43,998 bases of DNA from a virus (lineage: Duplodnaviria > Heunggongvirae > Uroviricota > Caudoviricetes): IMG/VR virus record IMGVR_UViG_2671180473_000007. The stretch is one strand, 5' to 3'. A model generated the notes under the pieces. The model saw only the letters and a program-made list of their open reading frames with translations, had not been told where the DNA came from and did not search any database. Shown one piece after another: positions 43,693 through 43,998 of the stretch. Position 1 is the first letter of the stretch. Each line of letters opens with the position of its first letter. The position numbers and the translations under genes are program-made.

Positions 43693-43998
43693 CGCTTCAG
43701 TTCCTGTATCAGCAGAGTCAGGAGCTTTTCGCTGACATTGCCATTGAAGCGGAGCGTCCCGTGCCGGAACGTTACCTCACAGCTGATACTGAGGGTTTTC
43801 GGGTCCTCTGCGAGCGATTCTGGCTGTTCGGCAGCTGCATCGAGAGTCACAGGAAGTAGCTGGGGGCTCTCTGAAGAAGGTAATAGCTGAGGTGTACTGG
43901 CAATAGCGGACACTACCATTTGTTCTTTTTTTAAGCAGCCATCTGATGATATTTTTCCCTGAAGGCTGCCGGGGAGATATTCCCCAGACGAGAGTGAC
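43372..43998 (-). mobile_element. IS66-family element, tnpA-tnpB portion (continues beyond window)
   Basis: tnpA and tnpB ORFs; the expected tnpC is replaced by the Mu-like prophage end at 43371. Confidence 0.7.
43689..43998 (-). CDS. IS66-family TnpA (Orf1), 5'-partial at window edge
   Basis: Track ORF 43689..43919 with frame open upstream to the window end and no RBS before the first ATG; overlaps tnpB by 4 nt as usual for IS66. Confidence 0.6.
   Translation of the reverse strand, partial: SLSSGEYLPGSLQGKISSDGCLKKEQMVVSAIASTPQLLPSSESPQLLPVTLDAAAEQPESLAEDPKTLSISCEVTFRHGTLRFNGNVSEKLLTLLIQELKR

Noticed and set aside
1-43998. CRISPR arrays, tRNA genes, rRNA genes
   Set aside because: No regularly spaced direct repeats or cloverleaf-like elements were seen apart from the tRNA-like domain of tmRNA.

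Overview
Enterobacterial (E. coli-type) chromosome with a conserved core locus at 1-2072 (ratB, ratA, smpB, ssrA/tmRNA), followed by stacked mobile DNA. (1) 2073-4162: a lambdoid prophage tail-fibre remnant next to ssrA (tfa interrupted by a 230-nt N run; stf missing its 5' end). (2) 4163-~4744: the right-end fragment of an IS66-family element (terminal GTAAGCG plus the 3' end of tnpC). (3) ~4745-43371: an apparently complete ~38.6-kb Mu-like transposable prophage, inverted relative to the window. Its repressor/ner/transposase A/B end is at the right and com-mom at the left, with a full late region in Mu gene order, a Gin-type invertase and a ~1.3-kb invertible tail-fibre segment. (4) 43372-43998: IS66 tnpB and a 5'-partial tnpA. 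The most interesting candidates for undescribed biology are three accessory insertions in the Mu-like backbone: a cargo module between gin and com/mom (SASA-family esterase plus two small proteins), an AT-rich island next to the mom promoter with an opposite-strand ORF, and an AT-rich cluster of small early-region genes with a convergent plus-strand gene. All protein calls rest on reading the supplied translations for recognisable motifs and on gene order; no database search was possible, and prophage boundaries are approximate.
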